Assembly: GCF_030684315.1 (NCBI RefSeq)
Contig: NC_081361.1
Span: 56,217,553-56,281,552, forward strand
Direction: 5' to 3'
From: Stegostoma tigrinum
Taxonomy: Eukaryota
DNA: 64,000 nucleotides
A program made the translations under genes and the position numbers. Position 1 is the stretch's first letter. Every line of letters starts with the position of its first letter. This document shows, piece after piece, positions 1-12,543 of this stretch. The notes beneath the pieces were generated by a model, which saw nothing but the letters and a program-made list of their open reading frames with translations, searched no databases and was not told the origin of the DNA.

Positions 1-360
1 AGAAACAGTCTGGAGACTGTGGGAGATTAGATAGGTATGGAGAATCAAGGCCATGGGACCATCTGAAGTGAAAAATGAGATAAATAAGTTCTTTTTTACT
101 GAACAAGGAGCCAATATAGGTCAGTGAGTATCAAGGCAAATAAGGGAACAACCGAAATACCTTTCAATTTCACATTTAAAACAACTCTGATTAGTTGTCA
201 ACTCTATTTATGAAAACATCTTTGGATGAAGTTATGTGAAGTCAGAAAAGCTCACATTTACCATTTCTATCAAAAAATAAAGTTCTAACTTTTTAAATGG
301 GACTTATGTTGTCAGCTGTCATTTTGGCAGTGATTCATCAATGAAGCTTCATTAAAATTA

Positions 361-552
361 CTGCAGATACTGGAATCTATACTGAAAAACAGAAAAAAAA
401 ATGCTAGAAATCACAGCAGGTCAGACAGCATCCATGGAAATAAAACAAGCTAATAAAGAGGAGTTGAAGAGTCATCTAGACTCGAAACATTAGCTTGCCA
501 AATCTCCAAAGGATTTGGTCTGATCCGCTGTGATTTCTAGCATTGTGTTTTC
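361..552. mobile_element. Degenerate Penelope-derived fold-back element with decayed hammerhead motif
   Basis: Imperfect inverted repeat (ATGCTAGAAATCACAGCAGGTCAGAC...CAAGCTAAT vs ATTAGCTTG...GTCTGATCCGCTGTGATTTCTAGCAT) around TTGAAGA-GTC-ATCTA-GAC-TC-GAAACATT at ~464-491. Confidence 0.65.
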
Positions 553-903
553 ATTACAGCTCATCTGCACAATATAATTCCTTTTGAAAAGTCTTTTTTT
601 TTTAAACTTTGTAAATAAACATTGAGAAAAATTGAAAATTTATCTTTGAGATTCAAGCAGCATCTATAAAGTTTTTAGCTTTATCCTTGCAAGACCATTT
701 CAACTCTTATTTCTTGTTCCTGAACATCCAAATTAAGGCAACACTAAAGAGTAAGAAGGTGAATGGGTGCTGTGTGACACTTTGAAACTTGTTTCTTTGT
801 GGTTAATTTGACAAATCCACAATTCAAATCATTCAGTGTCGCTGAGGAATCAAAACTTTGCCTGGAATCTTAAAACTCTTATTCAGGTCATGCCTATTCC
901 ATG

Positions 904-968
904 TTGCAGCATCTGTGAAGAAAAAGTCAGAATGAACGTTTCGGGTCCAGTGACCTTTTCTCAGAACT
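904..968 (-). mobile_element. Penelope terminal-repeat fragment with decayed hammerhead motif
   Basis: Minus strand reads CTGAGAAAAGGTCACTGGACCCGAAACGTT; same family as the 32242-32490 element. Confidence 0.55.
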
Positions 969-1443
969 GTTCCTTCTTCATTCTCTTATTGTTTGCTGTT
1001 TGTAGTTAAGCAGCGAGAAATGATCACACAAGGCAGTAATGACTAAAAAAGGGCACAGTCCCAGTTGACAGCTGGTAGCCTGCATTTTGGAAGGGGCCTT
1101 TTTTTAAAAACACAAAAAATCGAAATGACAAACGTTGAACGCAAACATTTGAATGCAGCCAACTTGTGGCACTACTGTTGAATTCTTAAATTATATTCAC
1201 CCCACCCCGCCACCTCAAAGAGGTGACAGTTCATGTCATCAATCTCATTTATGCAGCGATAAGTAACATTAATTAAAAACTTTATAGATTCGAGTTCATT
1301 TCTAAAACAAGCCTCTGCCACTGTTAAATTAACCTTAACTTTTTCTTCCAGACTTGTAAAGTAACCCAAGAGGTGGGGTGGGAGTTGTAGCACCAAAGAA
1401 CTGAACCCAAACACGACAGGACAGTTAATAGCCCAAGATGGGT

Positions 1444-2846
1444 CCCCCACCTCCTCCTCCGCTACATCGATGACTGTATCGGTGCTGCTTCATGCTCCCA
1501 CAAGAAGCTTGAACAGTTCATCAACTTTTCTAACACTTTTCACCTCAACCTCAAGTTCACCTGGACCATCTCTGATACCTGTCTGTCTCCATCTCTGTTG
1601 ACTGCCTAGAAAGTGACATCTATTTCAGGCCCACCAACTCCCACAGCTACCTGGGCTACACCTCCTTTCAGCCACGTTCCTGCAAGAATGCAATCCCCTA
1701 CTCCCAACTCCTCTGCCACAGCTGCCCCCAAGATGGGGCATTCCACTTCCAAACATCCCAGATGTCCTTGTACTTCAAGGACTGCAACTTCACCCCTTCA
1801 GCGGTCAAAAATACTCTCGACCACATATCTTGCACCTCTGCCCTCACATCCTCTCCTCGCAACAAAAACAAAGACAGAAACCCCTTGTTCTCACCTAACA
1901 CCCCACTAACCTCCATATCCAATATATCATTTGCTGCCACTTCTACCACCAGCAATCCAACCACACAACCAAACATATATTTCCTTCCCCACCCCTATCT
2001 GCCTTCCATAAGGACTATGCTCTCCACGAAACCCTCATCCACTCTACATTCCCCACTAATCCCACCTCCCCCAGCACATTTCCCTGCAACCACAGGAAAT
2101 ACTACACTTACCCCTACACTTCCTCACTCACCTCCATCCAAGGAGCCAAATAAACCCTTCAGATCAGACAGATTCACCTGCACTTCTGTTAATGTGGTCT
2201 ATTGCATCCACTGCTCCCAATGTGGCTTCCTCTACATTGGTGACGCCAAGCAGAGTCTCAGGGACCACTCTGTAGAGCACCTACAGTCTGGTCACAATAA
2301 GTGACAACACCTTCCAGTCACGAGCCATTTCAACTCCCCTCCCACTCCCTGGGCAACACATCCATCCTGGGCCTCCTCCCGTGTCAAAATGACACCACCC
2401 AGAAACTGGAGGAGTAGCACCTCATATTTCAGCTCAGGAGCCTACAACCCAATAGCCTCACTGTGGACTTTACCAGTTTCAAAAACTCCCCAACCACGGC
2501 CTCATCCCATGACCGACCAACCCTCCCTCTCATCCCCACCACCTTAACCTGACACAATCTGTCCATCTTCTCTCCCACCTATCCACCCCTCCAATCCCAC
2601 TGACCAATTCCCAACACTCCCTACCTGCACTCACCTATCACCACCCCACCTACCTTCCCCAGCCCTACCCCTCCTCTCTCGGCTTATTCCTGAGCTCCCT
2701 TGCCCCCCCATCCCCGTTTCTGAAGAAGGGTTCCCCACCCGAAACGTCAGCTTTCCTGCTCCTCTGATGCTGCCTGGCCTGCTGTGTTCCTCCAGCGCCA
2801 CACCGTGTTGTCTCTAACTCCAGCGTCTGCAGTTCTTGCTATCTCT
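1444..2846 (+). mobile_element. 5'-truncated Penelope-like retroelement (RT C-terminus, GIY-YIG endonuclease, 3' terminal repeat)
   Basis: RYIDDCIG RT motif at ~1460-1483; VVYCIHCSQCGFLYIG...HSVEHL GIY-YIG region at ~2190-2290; frameshifted; ends in the terminal repeat shared with the fold-back elements. Confidence 0.9.
2717..2752 (+). ncRNA. Minimal type I hammerhead ribozyme motif in Penelope 3' repeat
   Basis: CTGAAGA-A-GGG-TTCCCCA-CCC-GAAACGTC-AG: both core boxes, stem II and a GUC cleavage triplet. Confidence 0.75.
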
Positions 2847-2983
2847 CAAAATGAGTTGCGTTGCGGTCCGTTCATCTCTACTACAGTTACTTATGGCCCG
2901 GGCACATTACACAGTCATCCACATTCATCAACAGATGGCGACACAAATGAACAGCTTCTGTTACCCTCTTTCTCTCGCTGCAG

Positions 2984-3146
2984 CCACAGCCGGTTCAACC
3001 TCCCCAGGTGTTTCTCCTCGTTGCGGGCCATCAACTCGGAGCCTCAGCAGGTCCTCCGCATCCGAGTACGCTTGGCCCGCTGTGAATCCTCCACATTCCC
3101 GGCAGCCTCTTGGGCGGAGCACGTGACAGCAGGCTCGGTCACGTGA
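2984..3146 (+). CDS. Probable terminal coding exon of an unidentified gene (..HSRFNLPRCFSSLRAINSEPQQVLRIRVRLARC..*)
   Basis: Strong acceptor TTACCCTCTTTCTCTCGCTGCAG ending 2983; by hand count ~42 of 53 codons end in G/C in an AT-rich background; TGA at 3144-3146; ATTAAA at ~3328. Confidence 0.5.
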
Positions 3147-3354
3147 GCGCCTGTGGAATCAACTGTCGCTGGCCTGTTCAGTTCCCTGAGGTACAACAGC
3201 TGGCAGAAACTGTCAGAAACAAACTCGCACAAGTGTTGAGCAAGTGCAAGCAGGATCCGGTCCGCTCGGCCCAGCCAGCCTGCACTGGCAAGGTCACACG
3301 AGTAAATTACCTAGTGCCAACCTTCACATTAAAATGCTCATGTTTTACCAATAT

Positions 3355-3783
3355 CACTAGGGTGCAGAAAAGGTTTTCAAGGATGTTGCCAGGACTGGAT
3401 AGTTTGAGCTATAGGGAGAGGCTGCATAGGCTGGAGATTTTTTGCCTGGAGCACGGGAAGCTGAGGGATGACCTTATTGAGGTTTATAAAATCATGAGGG
3501 GCATGGATAGAGTGAATTGCAAAACTGGGAATGATTTAAAATTGAAGGGTAACTTTTTTTTACACAGAAGGTAGTGCATGTATGGAATGACTGCCAGAGG
3601 AAAGGTAGAGGTGGGTATAAAACTCCATTTAAAAGGAGTCTAAATGGGACTATGAGTAGGAAAGGTTTAGAGGGATATGGGCCAAAATCTAGAAAATGTG
3701 ATTAGGTCAGATTGGGGTGTCTGGTCAGCATAGATGAGTTGGACTAAAGGGTCTGTTTTCTTGCTGTATGACTCTATGACTAT
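3355..3783 (+). mobile_element. CR1 LINE 3' fragment
   Basis: RVQKRFSRMLPGLDSLSYRERLHRL...DLIEVYKIMRG; short tandem TATGACTC tail. Confidence 0.9.
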
Positions 3784-6111
3784 ATTGCTTGCAACATCTT
3801 CCCCAATTGCTGTCACTCACCTGAACCCCTGACTGCATAAATGGTGCATGAGCTTTGTGCTGACCACATAATTGTTCAGGACATCGCCCCATCTGCACCA
3901 TGACTAACAGGTACACTATCCACTTTTATGCTCTGCAAATCTTGTCTCTGTTTCATTCCAGGAGGAAAACAGCCCATAATCGGATCAAAAGACTCAAGAC
4001 AGGTTATGGGCTGCCCAACATTCAGCTCCTCGCCCCTTATGAGGAAAGAATCATAACTGACTGACTGCTCCAAGCAGGTCCTGGATTGTTCACAGAAACT
4101 GCGTTTGACTTATTGTGCTGGGATTACCTGAGGAAAATCTTGAGTAAGGCCTGCTGATAACTATAACAAGCTTTTATGTTTGTGCTAAACCACAAGACAA
4201 GACAACAGTAATATGAGCCTGTTATCTCTAGCTGAGGGGACAAAATGAAGAAAAGGCAAGTCAATGCAAGGCAGTAAGCATCCAGGTAGGCTCAGCACAA
4301 GTGAGCACTCAGAGCAAGTTAACAGCCCAGACATACAGCCATGTAGAGTTATGAGCTGTGTGTGTGTGTCCTTGAGCACAATATGTCCTTGCTGCAGCAT
4401 TACAACAATAGTTGCAGTTGCAGCCTGAGGTGCAACATTAATGTGCTAAAGAGTACTGTAAGTGGATCAGAGCCATTAGCATCCTTAAAGGCTGCTAAAT
4501 GTTGGATGCCAATGTCCATGGATATGGGGTGCATGTGGCTGCTGCCCATGGTGCATGCCCTCTGATATTTGGGCTAAGATTCCAATCTGAAGATCATTCA
4601 GCGCAAGCAGCATGCCAAATCCATGAGATGCTCATCTGATTTCCTTGTTGAGTTTTCCTGGCATCTAACTGGCCTGATAAGTTTGGTGAGATATTAGGCT
4701 GAATATTAATGAGGTGAGTTGGGCTGTTAACAAAGCATTTAATGACCACTAATCACCATGACTTAGCCAATCGACAATGTCCAGTGTGAATCTTACCATG
4801 GCACTTGTGAAAAGCATGAAAATTGGTACGAGTTGCTTCTGGCATTAAGGTAAGCCCTGCTGCTCTTTTTGCCAATTCTGCCACAAGTCTCACATAGCCA
4901 ATGTTGCTCAAACCTCTATAAGATTCTGCTCTACAGTATTTAACTATAATTATCATAATATACAACCCCAAAGCTAATAAAGCTCCATAAGAAATCACAA
5001 AATAGACTGCCTATAAAGAACACAAAAGACGCATTTGCTTCCATATGGGATCACGAAAATATCAACCTAATCTCTTCAAACTTTCTCGTATAATCACAGT
5101 TACAGAATCAAACTGGAAACTGTAATTGATGTCTGGAGTTTTTGTTTGATATCCTTCAGGAGTCATGACATCTTTCAGTTTTGTTGGAATCTCGAATGCA
5201 CTCAGGAATTTAAACAATTTGTATTTGATCCCTTACAAGAAGCAGTTTTAGTTTCTCATTCCGTGCTTTAATGTAATCTTACCAATACTTGTAAAGAATT
5301 TTGGTTGTATAACTTAAAACAGATGTGCTTCTGTGACTTGAAGGTGGTGTGGGGATAGATTTAGTCCTGTTAAGTTCTAAGATTGAACCTCAGTGGGTTT
5401 AAGGAATGAGATGAAGTAACCCTTAAGTCTCTTCTTATTATGTCTGCAATGGTAAAGAATTGTGTTACTCTGTATAGTTTTGGGGTAAATATGAAGCAAA
5501 ATTGCATTCCCTGGTGCATTAAAACACAACACGAAACTAAGATTCACAAAATGTTTTAGCAAGACATTTCCATGTACAGATATTAACATCAATCAGAAAT
5601 ATTTGAAATTTCCAATGTCTACCAGTAGGCAACAATTATAATCTGACATATTTATGAATATGCAAAGCTATTCAGAATTATTTTGTTTTTTTCATTAAAG
5701 CAAAACATGAAAACTGTAAACATTGTCGAGATGATGAACATGTGCCACAATTGCAGGATTCACAAAAATTTACAAAATATGAAGAAGAACCACGTATCGG
5801 AGTTAAAATGAAAATCACAATACATTCAAAAGTGCACAACATATAATAAAATGTACTTCAGACAAAAATAGTCTTGTCAAGGAGCAGATGTAATCAATGG
5901 AAACGGATAGCAAAACTGCATTAACTATCCATGGCATATATCAACCAGCTCAAAGCTGTTGAAATCTATGAGTCTACTGTTGTGGTCACTGAACTAAAGG
6001 AGAAAGGATTGCTCAAAATGTCTGGTTCACCTGATTTGAAATTTTCTTGACTGAGTGCTCAATATTGTTTGTAAGAAGATTTTAAAAGTAATGTTACTAA
6101 AAAGTACAACA

Positions 6112-6310
6112 AAAGCAGAAACCGCTGGAGAATCTCAGCAGATCTGGCAGCATCTGTGGAGAGAAAACAGAGTTAATGTATTGCGTCCAGTTGACCCATC
6201 TTCTGGACCTGAAACATTAATTCTGATTTCGCTCCACACATGCTGCCAGAGCAGCTGAGTTTTTCCAACTATTTCAGTTTTTGTTGCTGATTTCCAGCAT
6301 CCACAGTTTT
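6112..6310. mobile_element. Degenerate Penelope-derived fold-back element
   Basis: CTCAGCAGATCTGGCAGCATCTGTGGAGAGAAAACAGAGTTAATGT inverted against ACATTAATTCTGATTTCGCTCCACACATGCTGCCAGAGCAGCTGAG; GAAACATT remnant. Confidence 0.65.
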
Positions 6311-7234
6311 TTTTTTCTTTAACTACAAGTAGTTTTGTCATCTATTCTATCAATTTTATTGATTGGTTTGAGAAGCACAGAATTAAGAGGAAACTATGAA
6401 ATGCTTTCAGTTTTGCAACAATTGTCCAAATCTGATGCATGCTCACACATACTGCATTGCAATTGTACTGTTTTGTACACAATCTTAAATTTTTTTAAGG
6501 CACAGAATGTGAACATACGACAGAACTCAAAAAATGAAATATGGATTCCGGCCATGAAAAGATAAACATAGGGAAACTACAGTAATGAATTTTAATCAAA
6601 CAATACACTGATTCAGTTTCACAAATTTGCATCACTGCATTCCATATTAAGTTGACTTGTTTAAAGACGCACTATTGTTTCACAGTTCAGAATTTTGACA
6701 TTTCTTTGTGCTTCTATAACTGATAATTTCACTTTTTATTTTGATCATTTTACATTTTTTTTGTAAGCACCTTATTTTTCCCTCTGTTTCATTCTTCGGA
6801 GCCACAATAAATTACATACTTTAGAATGATTTTTGTTTCTCATCACACCTCCCTTCGAATCATTGAAAAACTACTGTCATACTGGGTTTCAATATATCAC
6901 CGGTCCTTTGGTACCTCACTGAGTGTGAATCTTGATGGTGAGCATTGGATAACCATATAAGTCTGAAGTGGGCAGTCAGTATCACCTCTACTTTTATTTT
7001 GTCTCTGATCCAAAGTTCACATCATACATGTATGAATAAATGTCAATGGATGACAAATACAGGCAGGAATGACAGCTAATTCCCTCCATCACATCGTCCC
7101 CAACTCTGCAAATTGGCTTATGATCAGTACAGCACAGAGTTGCAAATGGAACAATTCTGGTCCATGAATCTCAATCCACAAACTAGATAATGCATTGACC
7201 AGTTAAATCATCAGGGAATATGAGTTTACTTTTC

Positions 7235-9481
7235 TTATCTAATTAACAACATTTTCCTTTTCAGTAATGTTGCTATTCGTTCGTGGCTATCTGTATCTCC
7301 ACTTTCTGCAACTTGAAGTGGGGTCTTTTTTAAACTATTTGTTGACTGAAGCTTTGGTTTTTCACCTTCAGACCAGTTGATTAGTTTTTGGGCAGTGTTA
7401 AAGTTGCCCGATTTGCAAGCACAATGCAGAGGTGTTTCTTTGGCGCTATCCAAAGCATTAATGGCAGCTCCACTGTTCAACAGCAATTCTATCAGGTCCT
7501 CATCACTCTGCTCTGCTGCTATATGTAATGGTGTTTTCCGCCACACGTTCTTAATATCAATGTTTTTATTTTTTCCAGCCAATAAAAGAGCTTTGACAAC
7601 AATCTTATGGCTATTGCTGGCTGCATAATGCATTGGCGTATTACCATCTCTATCTTTAGTGGCAAATTTGGCCCTTCTGGTTAACATCAAAGATACAAAG
7701 TCCAAATGACCTTCCTTAGCAGCTAAGTGAAGTGGTGTCTTCTTCTCTATGTTCGCTGCATTGGCATCAGCCTGATTTGACAGAAGTAGACCTGCAGTGG
7801 AAGCATCCCCAACCATAGCGGCCATGTGTAGGGGTGTTTTCATATATCTGTCTTTAGCATTCACGTTTGCTTTGTGTTGGATGAGACATGCTGCTGTATC
7901 TCTGTTACCTCGTTGTGAAGCAATATGTAAAGGAGTAACTCCTTCCTTTGTGACAGCATTGACTTTAGAACCTCGTGTTATCAACATTTCTATCATTGGT
8001 GGTTGGTTATGAAACGATGCAATGTGCAAGGGTGTTTGGTTATCAGAACCAACAATGTTTGCATCCATTCCATGGTCAGTCAGCAGCTTTGCAACAGCTA
8101 GGGAACCAACCTGGACCGCAAGATGTAGTGCACTATCCATATTTGGTATTCTTTCATCTAAACGTGCACCTTTATCAATCAGAATTTTGACAGATTCAGC
8201 ATGGCCAAGTTCTGCTGCCAGCAGTAAAGGAGTGTATTGCAAATTATTTCTGGTGTTGACATCAATACCCAGTTCAATGATAATGCCCACGGTTCTGTAA
8301 AGATTTTTCTGAACTGCTTTAAAGAGTGCATTAACTAAGAGAGTAGGGTTAATTTCATTGCTATGTTCCAAGATCAGCCTAATCAAGAATTGGTTATTAC
8401 TTTTAAATGCTGCATGAATCAGGTCAACATTGACATTGGCTCCAGATTTGAGCAGTACCTTCACAGTATCGAGGTGTTCTTTGGAAATAGCATGAAATAG
8501 CGGAGTCCTGTTCTTCTCATCCTTCGTGTCAACTAGGGCACCACATTTGAGAATGGTTTGTGCTAATTTGCTTTCATCTCTGACAGCAGCCTGATGCAGA
8601 AAGGATTTATTCTTTTTATGTTTTCTGACTTCTTCTTTCAACAGCAGCTTCACAACAGAGAAATGGTTGCTCTCTGCGGCCAATTGTAATGGACTTCTGG
8701 ACTCAGTATCTTCAGCGTAAATGTGTGCTCCTGCTTGGAGAAGCAGTTTGGTTGCATCTATGTGTCCCCTCTCTGCAGCCCGGTGGAGAGGTGATTGCCC
8801 TTTGTTATCCATCACCTCTAGCTTTGCTCCTTTACTTAATAAATAGTTAATAATTGCAACATTTCCATGAGCAGCAGCAATGTGCAACAGAGTTTCATTG
8901 GAAGCATTTACGCCATTTACATGACTGTCTCCAAAAGCACTATCAAGACTAGAAAGATTTCCCAATGCTGCAGCTTGGTAGAGCTCAGTCAGTTCACTTT
9001 GGGTATGAAGAAGTCTAACACTTTTTAGGGTCTGATGTGGCTTATTTTTAGTTGCCATATTCTGCACAAATTTCGCTTCCTTTTTTTGTTTGTTCTTAGG
9101 GATTTCATCCTTATCCCTTTCCAAAAGGTATCCTACTAACTGCCTCTTGGCATTTCCAAAGCTGCCGGACACATTACTGACATAGTTTCTGATGTAATTA
9201 TACAGAGCTGGTTCCAAATACTTGAGACAAGGATAAAAAAACATTCTGCAGGCTCTCTCACCGCAACAAACCAACATATCCAGAACTCTGGAATTCTTTT
9301 CCTCCCGTGTCTTGTAATTCAACACAGCAATTCTCTTATCTGGTGAAATGATACGATTCTCAACCAACCAGTCCAGAAGATTATCTGTATTGATAATTCC
9401 TGCTATCAGTTCTTTTTTCTTGCTCTGCAAAACCTCAATTGCATATGGATTTGTATACATACCTGCACTGTTTATGAGCAT
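7235..9481 (-). CDS. caiap: CARD- and ANK-domain containing inflammasome adaptor protein (Caiap), 748 aa, intronless CDS
   Basis: N-terminal CARD-like domain (KKKELIAGIINTDNLLDWLVENRII...EEKNSRVLDML) followed by ~15 ankyrin repeats (TPLHxAA...GA.VNA); matches the fish Caiap architecture. Confidence 0.88.
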   Translation of the reverse strand: MLINSAGMYTNPYAIEVLQSKKKELIAGIINTDNLLDWLVENRIISPDKRIAVLNYKTREEKNSRVLDMLVCCGERACRMFFYPCLKYLEPALYNYIRNYVSNVSGSFGNAKRQLVGYLLERDKDEIPKNKQKKEAKFVQNMATKNKPHQTLKSVRLLHTQSELTELYQAAALGNLSSLDSAFGDSHVNGVNASNETLLHIAAAHGNVAIINYLLSKGAKLEVMDNKGQSPLHRAAERGHIDATKLLLQAGAHIYAEDTESRSPLQLAAESNHFSVVKLLLKEEVRKHKKNKSFLHQAAVRDESKLAQTILKCGALVDTKDEKNRTPLFHAISKEHLDTVKVLLKSGANVNVDLIHAAFKSNNQFLIRLILEHSNEINPTLLVNALFKAVQKNLYRTVGIIIELGIDVNTRNNLQYTPLLLAAELGHAESVKILIDKGARLDERIPNMDSALHLAVQVGSLAVAKLLTDHGMDANIVGSDNQTPLHIASFHNQPPMIEMLITRGSKVNAVTKEGVTPLHIASQRGNRDTAACLIQHKANVNAKDRYMKTPLHMAAMVGDASTAGLLLSNQADANAANIEKKTPLHLAAKEGHLDFVSLMLTRRAKFATKDRDGNTPMHYAASNSHKIVVKALLLAGKNKNIDIKNVWRKTPLHIAAEQSDEDLIELLLNSGAAINALDSAKETPLHCACKSGNFNTAQKLINWSEGEKPKLQSTNSLKKTPLQVAESGDTDSHERIATLLKRKMLLIR

Positions 9482-12189
9482 AATAGCAAATCAAAACACG
9501 TACTGATTAAGATATAGGTTGATTGGCAGCAGAAAACTTTATCTTCTTATAAATATTCAAATCTTGAAGCAATTAACATATCTGCATTTTGTTAAATATA
9601 CAAAGTTCTTTCCATAGCTGAGAGTCAATCATCATTAAATTGATATAACTTAGCGTTAGTGGAGTCTTCAGAGGCTAGCAAGATTGCACCTTGAATAAAA
9701 TGAATCCTAATCCCCGAATGAATCTTTTGCTGTCCCACTACAGCATAGCAACAAGGCTGGTCGCATTATTCCAACACAATGATGATAACAAAAACTTTGG
9801 CAAACATGTTGCATTTGGCCAGAACAATAGATGTTGAGAGATTCAATCTATTCTTGAGCATAAAGCTATCAAAAAAAGTCATTTTTCTCTGCAGTAAGCC
9901 AAACCTTGTGTTTGTCATTCAGTAATCTGACCTAAGCAGTCTATCATGAGATGTCGAAATCTGCAGCTTAGCTACTGTTGCCTGGAGTCTGTCAGGTGTT
10001 TGTGTTAAGAGGCAACCACACAACCAATACCAGGAGAAAACCTCTACAATCTGTGAAGTATGCATTTGAATCTATTGGTGTGCATCATTCCTAACTAATA
10101 TTTGCAGTTATGCAACTTGCTTCCTTTAAGAGCAACAAGTAGTTAACTCTGCCTAGTACGTACCTTGATTTAAAAAAGTGACCTGCAATAAAATATCTAT
10201 ACAACAAGCTCTCAAAATGTGTTTGCCAAGGGAGACTAAATTAACTGACAAAGTAAACAGTTTACAGAAAAAAATGCATTGAAATATCATACCATACTGA
10301 ATGCAATGTTTTTAAGATATGGAAAGATTTGTTGTAGTGAAAGCTAAGTTATTGTTTGTGTGGAACCTGGAGTAAAGAACTAGAGAACATAATTATAACC
10401 TTGAGAAAACGGACCGTGATTGAAAGCTCACATTTTTATGTGGAGTTGTATACATAAAGACTTTAATTATACCAAAAATGCTGTTTCAGAATCCATGAAT
10501 TTGTTTTTTTTAGGAAGGATTTGAAATGCTTTCAAGTGCTTGAGTGTAAAGTTGATTGCACAGTTGTGTTGATGCTATTCATCTATTAATGGAGATAATT
10601 TTAACCTAATCCACAGGTTGGGAACCCAGAAGATTGGAGGAAATGCTGATGGGTGGGTTATCAAACAACATGCCATCATATCCTGTAAGTTTCCTGATAG
10701 GTTACATTAAATTTGCTCCCAATCTTAAGACTCAACTGGGGTAGAGGTGTTAGGATAGCTTCAATGTTCTTGAAGGGAGAGTTGAAAGGCAAAATCAGCC
10801 AAGTGTTCTGCTCCTGATTTTCAGACAATGAGAACAGCTGAGATGTGATGTCAGGCGAGATAAGGGTTCACCTAAAATCAATGTACAGTACTGCAGATGC
10901 TGTAGATCAGAAATATTTTTGAAAAGTGCTGGAGAAACTCAGCTGTTCTGGCAGTGTCTGTGGTTCATATCTGGTTTGACGCAACATTTTAGTCTCACTC
11001 CCTATCAATGGTTGAGACTCACAAGTCAATCCTTCAGCTCCGGGGAGTATTTTCAACAGAAAGAAGGGAAATTGAAAGCAGGAAAGATTATTGGAACAAG
11101 AAATTTAAAAATTCCAAGTTAAAGAGATGATGGAAGTGTGCAGTTGGAAAAATTAAATCGCACATATATAGGCCTAGGATATAGGCGTGATAAGCAATTT
11201 TGATCTTTTTCGTGTTCCAATCCATTTTAACTGTTGTACCACAATATGTCCGTAAAATCACCAGGTGTAATTGGATTGTAAAATAGGCACAGATTGACAG
11301 ACACAATTTAAAATTGCAGATCAGTGAAGTGGTGTCTGGAAGAGCTGGAAGCCAAAGTGTCCAAATGTGTTGATAGATGAATAGGACTTGGTGGCACGCG
11401 AGGAGGGGGCAGAAGAATTTTTGATGAGTTGGAATTTACAGGAAAGGATAGGGTATCTGCCAGGAGAACATTAATCAGGCCCGGTAAACATAAGATGAAA
11501 ACTGTGCGACATTGCAGTATCAATGTCCTGCAACAACACGATCTTAGTAATAATTTAAATGGATGGGTAGCTGGTGTTGTTAACATGCTTTGTAAGGAAA
11601 CACTGATGATAAGTCACTCTATAACATGCTCCTTGGTAACCTTGCATAGGCTCGTAAGATTTTTCCGAAGCTGAAGAAATAATGCTCTCTTTCACTTACT
11701 GTAGAATATTTATTACTGTATTTTGAGGATGTATCTATAGGTACAGTGACCCAAAAATTGAAGTCGTTTGAACACTGGTCATCTTCATAATGTTTTCTGT
11801 ATCTATTTTAATTGAGTAAAATAACTTGAAATTAAACCTAACGAAAGAAGTTACCATTTCAGTAATTGCATACCCATCTATTTCACCCTCAGAGTAACCC
11901 TTAACCCCACCTGACCAAGTTTGGCCTGAACCACCTGACCCATAGTATTTGAATTCTAATAAGTTTTAAAGCCTTAAAAGATATTGTTGATTTTGAGACT
12001 CTATACCTGTATAGTATAAAAAAAAGGAATCAATAGATGTAGTATATTTGGATTTCCAAAAGACATTCCATAGGTTGCTACATGAAATGTTAATATGCTA
12101 GATTAGATTTATTCCTGGAGAAAACAAATGTTAGAACACAGAAGCTGCTGTCCTGGAATGTGTCCCCAGCTCTTTATTCATTTTTTAAA

Positions 12190-12543
12190 AAATCATTAAT
12201 GGGATGAGAGCATTGCTGGATAGGCAGCATTTATTGCTCATCCCTAATTGCCCAGAGGGCAGTTCAGAGTCAACCACACTGCTGTGGGTCTGGAGTCACA
12301 TGTAGGCCAGACCAGGTAAGGATGGCAGTTTCCTTCCCTAAAGGACATTAGTGAACCAGATGGGTTTTTCTGACAATTGACAATGGATTCCTGGTTGTCA
12401 TTAGATTCTTAATTCCAGATATTTCATTGTATTCAAAGTTCACCATCTGCCGTGGTGAGATTTGATCCTGGGTGCCCAGACCATTATCAAGGTCTCTGGA
12501 TTAACCATCCAGCAATAATACCATTAACTCATCACCTCCCCCA
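12190..12543 (-). mobile_element. tRNA-derived SINE
   Basis: Minus strand has a tRNA-like head and the tail GGGCAATTAGGGATGAGCAATAAATGCTG; related copies at 60440-60785 and 62015-62295. Confidence 0.75.

Noticed and set aside
2915-3310. Minus-strand frame with an in-frame TGA (RRTC*GSEL), considered as a selenoprotein
   Set aside because: No selenoprotein motif or SECIS seen; better explained as the antisense shadow of the GC3-rich plus-strand exon.
3820-4127. Possible minus-strand exon (acceptor TTTTCCTCAG, donor GTGAGT)
   Set aside because: All frames contain stops and there is no recognisable homology.
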